From Octopus sinensis (lineage: Eukaryota), in assembly GCF_006345805.1 (NCBI RefSeq), contig NC_042999.1, positions 26,970,001-27,034,000 on the forward strand: DNA of 64,000 nucleotides, in the 5' to 3' direction. A model generated the notes under the pieces. That model saw only the letters and a program-made list of their open reading frames with translations. It had not been told where the DNA came from and made no database searches. A program made the translations under genes and the position numbers. Below are positions 13,603 through 24,728 of this stretch, piece after piece (positions within the stretch are counted from its first letter, which is position 1; each line of letters opens with the position of its first letter).

Positions 13603-14743
13603 ATATAAACGGCAGTTTGTCTGTGCGTGCTTCTGTGTGTCTGTTTTCTCGTACCCTCACCCTGACCACGGCTTTCAACCGATTCTGATGAAACTTGACA
13701 CACACATAGCCCAATGTCATAATTCAAAACTAACGAAGCGAAAATTTTGAAAAGTTCCCCCAGTTCTGAAAAAAATTGATAAATTCGACATGGGGTCGAG
13801 AATCATAAACATGAACCACAGACTGTCTAGGGGACGCAACTCGAGAATCTAAGCTTTTTTTATGCAACGCATTATCTATGGTAGTTTTCACAACTTGCAA
13901 TCGATTTTCACCAAACTCATGGTGAAGCTTAATGTTACCCTAAGAAACTCAATTCTGACGTTAGTTTTCCATGCAATACCTTACCATCAGAAACAATCGA
14001 TAAAATCATGCCATTTTGGGAAATCGCGTTCAAATTCAAGATGACATATTTTCGACAATATCTTTCACAAATTGGCAGGAATCTTTTTTTTTTCACAACG
14101 AGCATCATGTCTGCTCCAAGGAGCTATATAGCCCTTTTTATTCCAATAGGATACATTATTGGAAAAAATCGGTTAATTTAATCATATGTGGCACACATAG
14201 CAAACAATTTGTGTATTAAACACAAACCAGACTGTCTAGGGGACGCAACTTGACCTTTTTAGCTATCGATAATTCGATCCAACCAATTCCTACCAGGAAG
14301 AAATTACATTCGAGACTTTACCCCCAACACTTCCACTTCTGCTAATAGCTGCTGCAGCCGCAAGTTATTCGAATACTTTTTGGGTTTAAACTTTCTTTAT
14401 AACTACCACCCCAAACGTTTTACCTTCAATTTTTGACGTACCCTAACGGTCCTCGGACGCTACTTGCAAACTCTTGGTTTATTATAAACCACTTTTGTCG
14501 TGTGCATCAAAAAACTTTTCCTTTCGTTTGTTCAGTTTGATCACTTTTGACTTTTTCGTTGTTGTCACTCACATTGCTGCCAGCTTTTTGGCCGTTTTTG
14601 TACATTTTTATACATTTTCGGATACTTACCCCACGAGCTCCTTTTTATTACACCTTTACCAAACACATTGCTATCCACCAAAATACTTACCCCACGTGTT
14701 CCTTTTTATTACACCTTTGCCAAACACATTGCTATCCACCAAA

Positions 14744-17700
14744 ATGCCACCCAAGAAGAGAAGGACCCTCCTCAGCCCTCGGACGGCCAAGGCATCGGCT
14801 GCTAGGGCTAGAAGGGCACGCGAGACCCACGAGGAAACCGCCTTGCGCCTCTCGCAAACAGCTTCCCGTTATGCCGCTGCTCAGGCATCTGAAACTACTA
14901 GCGACCGTTCTACCCGACTTGCAAGGGTCGCAGCGTACAGATCTTCCCTCCGCTCGAGGTTGACGAAAGAGCAACAGTCCAGCCAAAACATGCGGGCTTC
15001 TTACTGTGCTTCCATCCGCAGAGCTCGCGAGAACCCCGAACAAAGGGCCATTTGGAATGCGGCTAACGCCACTAGCACTGCCAGGACACGATCTGTCGAA
15101 ACCTCACAGCAGAGGAGAACTCGCCAAGATGCTGACGCCGCAAACAAAGCCATGGCCAAAGCTGCCGAAACACCTCAACAGAGGAGAGCTCGCCAAGCTG
15201 CTAACGCCGCAAACACAGCCAGGGCTCGATCTGCCGAAACTCCACACCAACGGACTATTCGGACATCCAGACATGCTATTAACACTGCTTCTGCTAGGGC
15301 TTCAGAGGGTGCTGAGGCGAGAGCTGAAAGGCTTTCAAGGGATGCCACTGCTACCGCTGTCACACGTGCATCTGAATCTGCTGAGGCACGGTGCACTCGA
15401 CTTGAGAGTATCAACAAACGTCGGGATATCATTCGTGGTGTACGTACCCCTGCCCCCGCTTTCTGGTTGTCACTAGCATTCAACTACGACGCCACAATTA
15501 ACTTCTCCTTGCGTGACGACATCAAGATAGGGTCAATGACAATTGTATGCCAGTTTTGCAAAGCCAAGAAATGGCCCGGAGAGCCACCTGGTTTGTGCTG
15601 CTCTGGTGGCAAAGTGGACCTGCCACCCCTACGGGAACCACCTCAACCACTGAAGGATCTCGCGGCGGGTTTAACCCCCGATTCGTCACAATTCCTTGAA
15701 ATAATTCGAAAGTACAACTGCTCATTCCAAATGACCTCTTTCGGGGCCAAAATTCCTCCCAGAGAAGGCTGGATGCCTACTTTCAAAGTGCAGGGACAGG
15801 TCTACCATCTTATTGGGTCACTTCTGCCAGACGAGATTCAGCAGTCTTCTTTCCTCCAAATATACTTCATTGCCGACTACAACCACCAGGTTGATGCACG
15901 CCTTGGAATAATACCGGGTACAAGCTATGTTCCCCGCAAAGACATTCTTCTCCGTCTCCAAACCATGCTTCATGATATCAACAGCTACGTCTGCAGCTTC
16001 AGATATGCCTGGGACAGTGCTCCTTCTCCAAACTTCACTGTTGTCATTGATGCTGATAAACGACCCCACGGGGAGCACGAACGCCGTTTCAACGCACCTG
16101 CGTGCAACGAAATTGCCGCAGTTATACACGGAGAGCAACACAACAGCCGTGACATAATCATCTCCTCCCGTGGTAACAACCTACACAGGATCAGCGAGAC
16201 TCACAGATCTTATGACGCGCTTCAGTATCCATTGCTTTTCCCTTATGGGGAAGACGGCTACCACTTCGGAATTCCTTTACGGCAGCCCTCCAATCAAACT
16301 ACTGCGGCATCAAAGACGGTTTCCTGCAGGGCGTTCTACTCATACCGGTTCATGGTCAGGGAGGGTGAGTTCAACTTATTGCCCCGTTGTCGTCAGCTAT
16401 TCAACCAGTTCGCCGTCGACATGGCCACAAAAATGGAATCGGAAAGGCTGCTATACATTAAACTTAATCAGACCAAACTTCGCTCCGACTCCTACATTCA
16501 TCTCCGTGACGGTTTGCAACAAGAAAATGACCCTCGCAACATCGGCAAGCCATGCATTCTACCCTCCACCTTCACGGGAGGACCGCGATATATGCGTGAA
16601 AGGACCCAAGACGCCTTGACCTACGTGCGCATTTACGGCCGGCCGGACCTCTTTATCACCTACACGTGCAATCCCAGCTGCGACGAAATCACTCGCGAAA
16701 TCCTCCCGGGTCAATCTCACACCCATCGACACGACATCGTTGCTAGGGTTTTCCGTCTGAATTTGGGCAAAATGAAGGATTTGATAGTTAAGGGTCAGAT
16801 TTTCGGGCATGTCGGGTGCCACATGTTTTCGGTCGAGTGGCAAAAGGGGGGCTTGTCACATGCTCACATCTTAATTTTGGCTCACTCATAAAATCGAGAC
16901 TAATGAAATTGACAAATTCATTTCCGCCAAGATTCCTGACCCCGATGAGGACCCCGGACTCTACGAAATTGTCCGCACTACCATGGTACACGGGCCCTGT
17001 GGACCAAATTACGCCAACACACCATGCTACAAAAACGGATTAGCCTGCTCAAAGGGATTCCCTAAACGGTTCACTTTGGAGACTCAAACAGGCGGCGATG
17101 GGTATCCGCTGTACAAACGAAGGAGTCCAGCCAATGGAGGCCGCACGATTACGGTTGGGCGACATCAAGTGGACAACAGCTACATTGTCCCCTACTGTCC
17201 TCTCCTGTCGAAGATATTCAAAGCCCACGTCAACGTTGAGTTCTGCAGCTCCATCAGGTCAATACAATATGTCTGCAAATATATCAACAAAGGCAGCGAT
17301 GCTGCCATGTTCAGCATCCACAGGACCACCAGTCGCGACGAAGTGTCCAACTACTTGGCTGGCCGGTACCTCAGCAGCAACGAAGCGTTTTGGCGCATTT
17401 ACGGCTTCCCGCTCCATCAGAGACACCGGCTGTGGTGCAGCTTGCTGTACACTTGGAAAATGGACAGCGGATTTACTTCACAGAGCAAAGTGCTGTGCAG
17501 ATAGCCACCAGCCCTAAAGGCACAACGTTGACTGGTTTCTTCAAATTATGCCAACGTGATGACTTCGCTCGAACGCTTTTGTACCCACAGGTCCCATCGT
17601 ACTTCGTGTGGTCTAAAAACACCTGGGTTCGACGGAAATCCGGCAAAAACGTCGAAAGCTTCCCAGGCGTCAAGTTTAACTCCTGCCTGGGTCGAGTTTA

Positions 17701-19614
17701 CAACATCCCGCCAAACCAGCAAGAATGCTTCTACCTCCGTCTCCTTCTACACGAGGTCACTGGTCCAACAGGTTTCGCCAATATACGTACCGTCAATGGG
17801 GTTCTGTGCGACACCTTCAGGGAAGCATGTATGAGACTTGGCCTTCTAGAGGATGACTCCCAGTGGGACGCCACGATGGCAGAGGGTGCTTTACTGCAAA
17901 CGCATTCGGCCCTACGACATCTTTTCGCAATCCTTCTTCAAAAATGTCAGCTTAGTCATCTACTAAGTCTCTGGATGAAATACAGGGATGACATGTCGCA
18001 CGACTTCTTACGTACGGCTCAGCAACACTGCCCTTCCGCCGAGATCACGTTCACCAACTTCATTTACAATTTTGCGCTCATTCAACTCGAAGACGCTGTC
18101 ATCGATATGGGTGGGTCTGCTTTAACAGAGTACGGCCTTCCACCACCCACACGTGAACACGCCAATGTTATGTCTGCTGAATTGTTACGCGAAACTTCCT
18201 ACTGCATTGAGGAACTGCACCAGTACGTCCAAGATAATGAACCACGGCTGCTTCCAGACCAGCGCATAGCCTACAACACCATCGTAGACTCTGTCAGACA
18301 GCAACGTGGGGGGATTTTCTTCCTTGATGCACCCGGCGGCACCGACAAAACCTTCGTCACTAAACTAATTCTGGCAGAGGTCAGACGCAACACGGACATT
18401 GCCCTGGCTGTAGCTTCCTCTGGTATCGCGGCCACGTTGCTTCCGGGTGGCAGAACCGCCCACTCTGCCTTCAGACTCCCGCTCGATCTGGCAAAGTCCG
18501 AGTCACCTATCTGCAACATCGCCAAGAACTCAGAACAGGCCGACATTCTTCGCAGATGCAAAATCATCGTATGGGACGAGTGCACTATGGCACACAAAGG
18601 CGCCCTTGAGGCACTGGACAGGTCCCTGCAAGACATCAGAGACTCTACGGCCCCCATGGGAGGATTAACTTTACTTCTTTCAGGAGACTTCAGGCAGACT
18701 CTACCTGTTATTCCAAAAGGAACCCGTGCCGATGCCGTGCGCGCGTGCCTTAAGTCGTCAGCTCTTTGGGCACATGTGCGGCCCTTGCACCTCCAAACTA
18801 ACATGCGCGCGCAGTTAATTGGTGACAGCGGATCCGCTGCATTCTCCAGGGACCTCTTATCGCTCGGTGAAATAGGATGCTGTCTAATGCGGATGGCTAC
18901 GTTCAATTGGACTCACTTTGCACCATTGTCGACACCCCTGCTAGCCTCCGGGACGCTGTCTTCCACGACCTACAAAACAATTTACGCGACCTAAAATGGC
19001 TGGCAGGCAGAGCTATTCTCGCACCCAAAAATACAACCGTCAACTCCATCAATATCCAGCTACTTAAAGCTATTCCTGGTGATGTCCACGTCTACAAATC
19101 TATAGATAGGACAGCAGACCCCGCCCAGCTTGCCGATTATCCTGTTGAATTCCTGAATTCACTTGAACCGCCAGGCCTGCCACCACACATCCTGAAGTTA
19201 AAAGTCGGTGCGCCCATTATACTCATCAGGAATTTGGTTCCACCTAAACAGTGCAACGGCACACGTTTGGTTGTGAAACACTTGGCACCACATTTAATAA
19301 CGGCCACAATACTTACCGGTTGTGGGAAGGGAGAGGACGTCTTCATTCCACGGATGCACCTTCAACCGTCGGGCGCTGACCTACCAATCCACTTCAGGCG
19401 TTCTCAGTTTCCTGTTAAACTCTGCTTTGCAATGTCCATCAATAAATCCCAAGGCCAAACGCTACAAGTCGCTGGGTTACATTTGGGCGAACAGTGCTTC
19501 GCCCACGGTCAACTCTACGTGGGCTGTTCACGCGTTGGGAGGCGCAATGATGTTTTCATGTTTTCGCCCAAAGGGACAGCTAGGAACATCGTATATACAG
19601 AAGTATTCCAGTGA
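14744..19614 (+). pseudogene. Helitron RepHel transposase (~1620 aa when reconstructed) with three single-base frameshifts
   Basis: MPPKKRR start; 23-aa repeats; CQFC...CC Zn motif; Rep motifs DLFITYTCNP, VEWQKGGLSHAHIL, YVCKYINKG; PIF1 motifs APGGTDKT, IVWDECTM, GDFRQTLPV, FAMSINKSQGQT, HGQLYVGCSRV. Shifts at ~16875-16878 (+1), ~17426 (-1), ~18871 (-1). Confidence 0.93.
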
Positions 19615-19708
19615 AGACAAGACATTGCAACGTCCACATGCACCTTCGTTCCCTGGAGGGAAAGGACTACATTGGGATTAGTCGTTGCCTACTAGGGGCT
19701 CTTACATA

Positions 19709-19736
19709 CCCGGGCAACGCCGGGCTATGCTGCTAG
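19709..19736 (+). terminator. Helitron 3' subterminal hairpin plus CTAG end
   Basis: CCCGG/CCGGG stem and CTAG-T junction, as established for canonical Helitron 3' ends. Confidence 0.9.
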
Positions 19737-20645
19737 TATATATATATATATATATGTCTTAGAACAAATAAGGTAATCAGAGATCTGGATGGTTGTACAT
19801 GTACTAATATTTATTAACATGTCATATGTTTTTACAAATCACATATTTTCATCTACTCTAATAGATTCTTCAGATTTAAATTGTGCGAAGGGATTCGTCT
19901 CATTTTATAGTATTAGCGAATATGTTGGGGTGAGGAGAGAGAGGGGGAAAGATAAGTAATGTAGAGTGTAAAGGGTAGGAAAAGAAGGAGAGTAATGGAG
20001 AGATAGTGGAGGGAGAAAGTGACAGAGAGAGAGTGTGAAGTGTTTGTGTGTGTACATGTGTGTGTGCGCGCGCGTGCTTGTGTATCTTGAAGAAAATGTT
20101 TTGAAGAGGAGATAAAGAAAAAGAATATTTTTAAGTAGTTGGCTGGAAACATGCTTACTTTGATTCAGCCAGCTCACCAAGGGGTCGGAAGGAAAAGTGT
20201 TTTCAAAATTAAAAAATGTGTTTTTTCTTAATGTCAATGGAAAATAGAAAGAAAGAAAGGAAGAAAGAAAGAAAGAAGAAAATGTGTTATCTATACAGGT
20301 GGCCAGTTCTTTCAATAGAAGATGACAAGTTGATTCTTGGTCTGTGAAGACCAGGTAGTTACTCTAAGGGGTTCTGTTTTGAGGAGGAATAATGAAAGTT
20401 ATTTTTCAAAAAATTGTCTGGACTTACTACCACCATCATCATCATCATTGTCCAACGTTTGATTCCCATGCCAGTATGGTTTGAAAATCTGGATGCAAGA
20501 ATGACTCTGGTTTTTGGGTTTTTTTTTTTGTTAAACACAAAGAAACCGGTGATAGTTCAAGAAATATTCCACTTAGAAAATTATGTGTAGGTGAGTTATC
20601 TTCCTTCGCTAAAGCAAAAGTAGAATACACGGTACCATGCAGTGG

Positions 20646-21412
20646 CGGCGAGCTGACAGAAACGTTAGCGCGTAGGGTGAAATGCTTAGTGGTATTTCGT
20701 CTGCCGTTACGTTCTGAGTTCAAATTCCGCCGAGGTCGACTTTGCCTTTCATCCTTTCGGGGTCGATAAATTAAGTATCAGTTACGCACTGGGGTCGATA
20801 TAATCGACTTAATCCGTTTGTCTGTCCTTGTTTGTCCTCTCTGTGTTTAGCCCCTTGTGGGTAATAAAGAAATAGGTATTTCGTCTGCCGTTATGTTCTG
20901 GGTTCAAATTCCGCCGAGGTCGACTTTGCCTTTCATCCTTTCGGGGTCGATAAATTTAGTATCAGTTACGCACTGGGGTCGATATAATCGACTTAATCCG
21001 TTTGTCTGTCTTTGTTTGTCCTCTCTGTGTTTAGCCCCTTGTGGGTAATAAAGAAATAGGTATTTCGTCTGCCGTTATGTTCTGGGTTCAAATTCCGCCG
21101 AGGTCGACTTTGCCTTTCATCCTTTCGGGGTCGATAAATTTAGTATCAGTTACGCACTGGGGTCTATATAATCGACTTAATCCGTTTGTCTGTCCTTGTT
21201 TTTCCCCTCTATGTTTAGCCCCTTGTGGGCAATAAAGAAAATACACTCACTCAGAAGACCAAATCAACTACACAAACACGCTTGGCTAAACTTTTACGTT
21301 CGCATCCCACTCCAAGCCGTCGAAGCTGACATACGCACACCTACACTGTTCTCAACTCCTGTCTCCCTACATAAAGTGCTACACTTATAATATAATGGGT
21401 AATAAAGAAATA
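20646..21412 (+). mobile_element. Composite family-1 SINE: head, three 184-bp body units, 150-bp extra segment and tail fragment, with 15-bp TSD
   Basis: Units restart at ggtatttcg 20691, 20875, 21059; extra segment 21241-21390; flanking direct repeat ggtaccatgcagtgg at 20631-20645 and 21413-21427, splitting an older family-2 SINE remnant. Confidence 0.9.
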
Positions 21413-21559
21413 GGTACCATGCAGTGGGACTGAACCATGTGGTAGGGAGGTAAGCCTCTTACCGAGCATGTTCTTCAATATACAAGAGCATATATGAATA
21501 TATGTGTGTGTGTTTGCGTGCGTGTGTGTGTGTGCGTGTATTTCATGTACGTTCTCAAA

Positions 21560-24500
21560 CAATATTGAGAGTACCTCAACATCAGAGAAATGAAAAATCA
21601 CTACCCCCAGGATAGACATTTCAACCTTCCCACCCAGTAAGGAATTACCTTCGAAATTTTCGTTCCAATACTCTACTAAACAACCACGCACAAGAAACTC
21701 GCACCACACGTAATAATTACCAATGACGGGCCCCTAAAACACCACATCCAAACATGGGATATAGGGACACACGTTTCAGGAACCTGCACCAAACATTACA
21801 ACTGGGCATTTCGCATTAACAGCGAACAGCTACACAACAGCTACCGTCCCAATGACTCCAATCCTTTTTAGCCTCAATACGTAATCAAAGAGATACGAGA
21901 TAGCGCCAGACAGACAGGGAGGAACCAAAAGTGATAAAGATCATCAATATAACTCACAAAGAATTAACAGTAAATCAAATCAATATACACTCCAAAGGGC
22001 TCAAGGTTACACCCAACCCGCTAGAAAATTACGACTCGCTGAGGAACTACACGACAAATACAGCTAGGATGAAACGTTAGTCTGAAATAAAAGTAACTAC
22101 ACTCCTTCAAAAGATAACAACAAAATTCTTGACCATTTCTGTGAATGCATCACGAATTATCCATATCAATATATACACAAAGGCGAGCGAGCGAGCTGGC
22201 AGAATCGTTAGCACGCCGGGCGAAATGCGTAGCCGTATTTCGTCTGCCGTTACGTGTTCTGGGTTCAAATTCCGCAGAGGTCGATTTTGCCTTTCCTCCT
22301 TCCGGGGTCGATAAATTAAGTACCAGTTACGCACTGGGGTCGATGTAATCGACTTAATCCCTTTGTCTGTTCTTGTTTGTCCCCTCTATGTTTAGCCCCT
22401 TGTGGGTAGTAAATAAATAAATATATACACAAACAAACATGCAAACCAAACTTCAGGAAAAAAGAATGGGCTGAGCTGAATAAATTAAAAGATGATAAAA
22501 CAATAACAATCAAAGACGATAATAAAGGGAATGCAGTTGTCTTATGGATATGGTGTACTATATAACTGTAGTACTATCCAAATTAGACGACACAACATAT
22601 TATGAAAAGGCCCAACACTACAGTCGGCAAGAAATAATGGAAAATCTAAAATTTATGTTAAACCTATACAGAGAAGGGCTCATCGAAAAGTATTTTATTT
22701 TATGACCAACTTCAAAAGTAAATCCAGTCAGTCCTATGATTTTCCTAAGAGACACAAAAGTGACAAAATAAGTAACGCATTCAGGATAGCCACATACATA
22801 ATAATCAAGGTCCCTACACCTAATGACCTCAAATTAAGACCTATAACAGCTGGTCCCGCATGCAATATCCACCACCTCAGTAACGTTTTAGATACACTCG
22901 TAAAACCATTCCTTAAGCATATCAAAAGCTACATAAGGGTCGATATGGACATGCTCAATCACCTCCCTAAAACAAGAAACAAAAACAGCATACTAGTATA
23001 CTTTCATGTTGTCATCCTCTATTCCAATATCCCCCTCAGCCTAGGAATAGAGGCAATTCAATTCTAGCAAGAGAATTATTCCAATGAATTCCCACAAAAA
23101 AGAATTCATAACAGAATGGCTAAAATTCATCTTAGAGATAACTAATTTTGTCTTCAAAGACAACTTCTATCGACAAAAATCAGGGAGTGCAATGGGTTCG
23201 CGAATAGCCTCCTCCTTTGATAACCTAGTCATGGGATATCTAGAAATTATTGTTGATAAGTTACTAGAAAAATACGGCAACCCATTCTCCATCTACTTAG
23301 AAAATAACTGGAAGAGGTATCTGGATGACAGTTTCATTCTTTGGCATAAAGATATAGATAGACTTAAAGAATTTCAAGCACTTATAAATGGCCTTGACGT
23401 AAACATTCAATTTATGATGCAATATAGCCATCAACAATTTTCATTCCTCGACATCCTCATTAAGAAATCCAACAACGAAAGAGAATCAGAAATATACTTT
23501 AAGCCCACAGACTCCAAGCAATATCTACCGTTCAACACATGCCACACCAGACACACTAGAATTAATATCCCTTTCAACCTAGCAAAAAATATTTGTACTA
23601 TTGTTTCTAATATAAGCACCAGTCCTACCATACATCTCCACACACAACCCTCTTAACAATGAAGCCTTCAAAACCATCCTGCAGAACATTAACCTTCTAA
23701 AAAGGGATCACAGGATGAATTTGATCCTCCACATGCACACCATCATAAAGACCAAAGGACAACCCAAATCTATGAAACAAGATTTATGAAACAGTCCTAA
23801 AACAAACCCAAGTACGTTCGACAACATCACTCAAGGCGTCAGTAAAACTATGCGGAAGACCTAACTGTTGTATATACGTTAACCTAATTGATGGTTCGGA
23901 GTTCTCTTTCAAATACTGTCAACGTTTTACAATGAAAAATGACTTCACATGTGCTTCGGTGAACCTAATATATGCAATAACTTGCTCTGGGTGTCGAGAG
24001 CAATACATAGGTCAAACAGTTTACGTCGAAGGATGGATCTGCATAGATCCCAGATCAAAATTCGGGAATACAGAAAAATAGCATTCAGCGAAAACATTGA
24101 TATTTCCGCCACTAACAAACAACCTATCATCAGAATCTTTCCCCTCTATAAATTCAGGGTAGATGCAATCTGTTGTCAGCGCATAGGCAATGTGTTATAA
24201 TTTATCACAAAATATAAACTTCGGAATGCGTCCACTACAAATGACCCTACTGCAAGGGTTTTAGAGTAATACCACGCAAGCATTAAAAACATTAAATTTC
24301 ATTTAGGACAGTCACTATCCATGAATTTAAAAGGATTCCACCAACATCCTACTACTGTCATACAACTCACATATTTTTTATTGTTCTTTATCATTTCCTC
24401 CATCCTTCTCCTTCTTTTTCTTCTGTTTTGCCATCTCCTTCCTCGGCTACTACTTCTGCTAAAGCAATCAAAGCCAAGAACTCATATCAAATATTATTTT

Positions 24501-24697
24501 AGGACTGCAACTACCTATTACCTGCTACGATGCCTTCACAAGAGTGAAAAAGAGACAGAGACAGACAGAAAAATAGGAAAATATCCCCTGCATTTCATTT
24601 TTCCACAATTTAATTGTTTTTCGTGCTTTTCATGAAAAACTTGCAAAGACTGAAATCACTACTAAAATGTTCTTCCTTGTCTACCGTGTCGTACTTT

Positions 24698-24700
<3 letters not shown>
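21560..24700 (+). mobile_element. Penelope-like retroelement, degraded (RT plus GIY-YIG endonuclease)
   Basis: LRPITAGP, LYSNIP, YRQKSGSAMGS, WKRYLDDSFILW, FLDILI, YFKPTDSKQYL; endonuclease NLIYAITCSGCREQYIG. Stops, frameshifts and an internal deletion near 23620; boundaries approximate. Confidence 0.88.
22182..22419 (+). mobile_element. Family-1 SINE inserted into the Penelope element
   Basis: 14-bp TSD aatatatacacaaa at 22168-22181 and 22420-22433. Confidence 0.92.

Positions 24701-24728
<28 letters not shown>

Larger units (their letters stand above)
13591..19736 (+). mobile_element. Helitron (rolling-circle transposon), near full length, within a (TA)n tract
   Basis: Rep/helicase coding region; 3' GC hairpin cccgggcaacgccggg (19709-19724) followed 8 nt later by CTAG (19733-19736) then T. 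The 5' end merges into (TA)n and no TC terminus is visible, so the start is approximate. Confidence 0.95.

Noticed and set aside
14474-14743. 90-aa N-terminal extension of the 805-aa ORF
   Set aside because: It begins at TTG, is low-complexity and runs through a 61-bp tandem duplication; MPPKKRR at 14744 is the plausible start.
15175-19346. Antisense and alternate-frame ORFs inside the Helitron (e.g. 18271-18906, 211 aa)
   Set aside because: Expected shadows of a GC-rich coding region; no domain motifs.
20646-21240. Regular 184-bp array resembling CRISPR or a satellite
   Set aside because: No unique spacers and a eukaryotic context; the units are SINE bodies.
12086-21390. Identical small ORF (…IHSLRRPNQLHKHAWLNF…) at 12086-12286 and 21196-21390
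   Set aside because: It starts in the SINE tail at non-ATG or incidental codons; identity reflects the duplicated 188 bp, not coding constraint.
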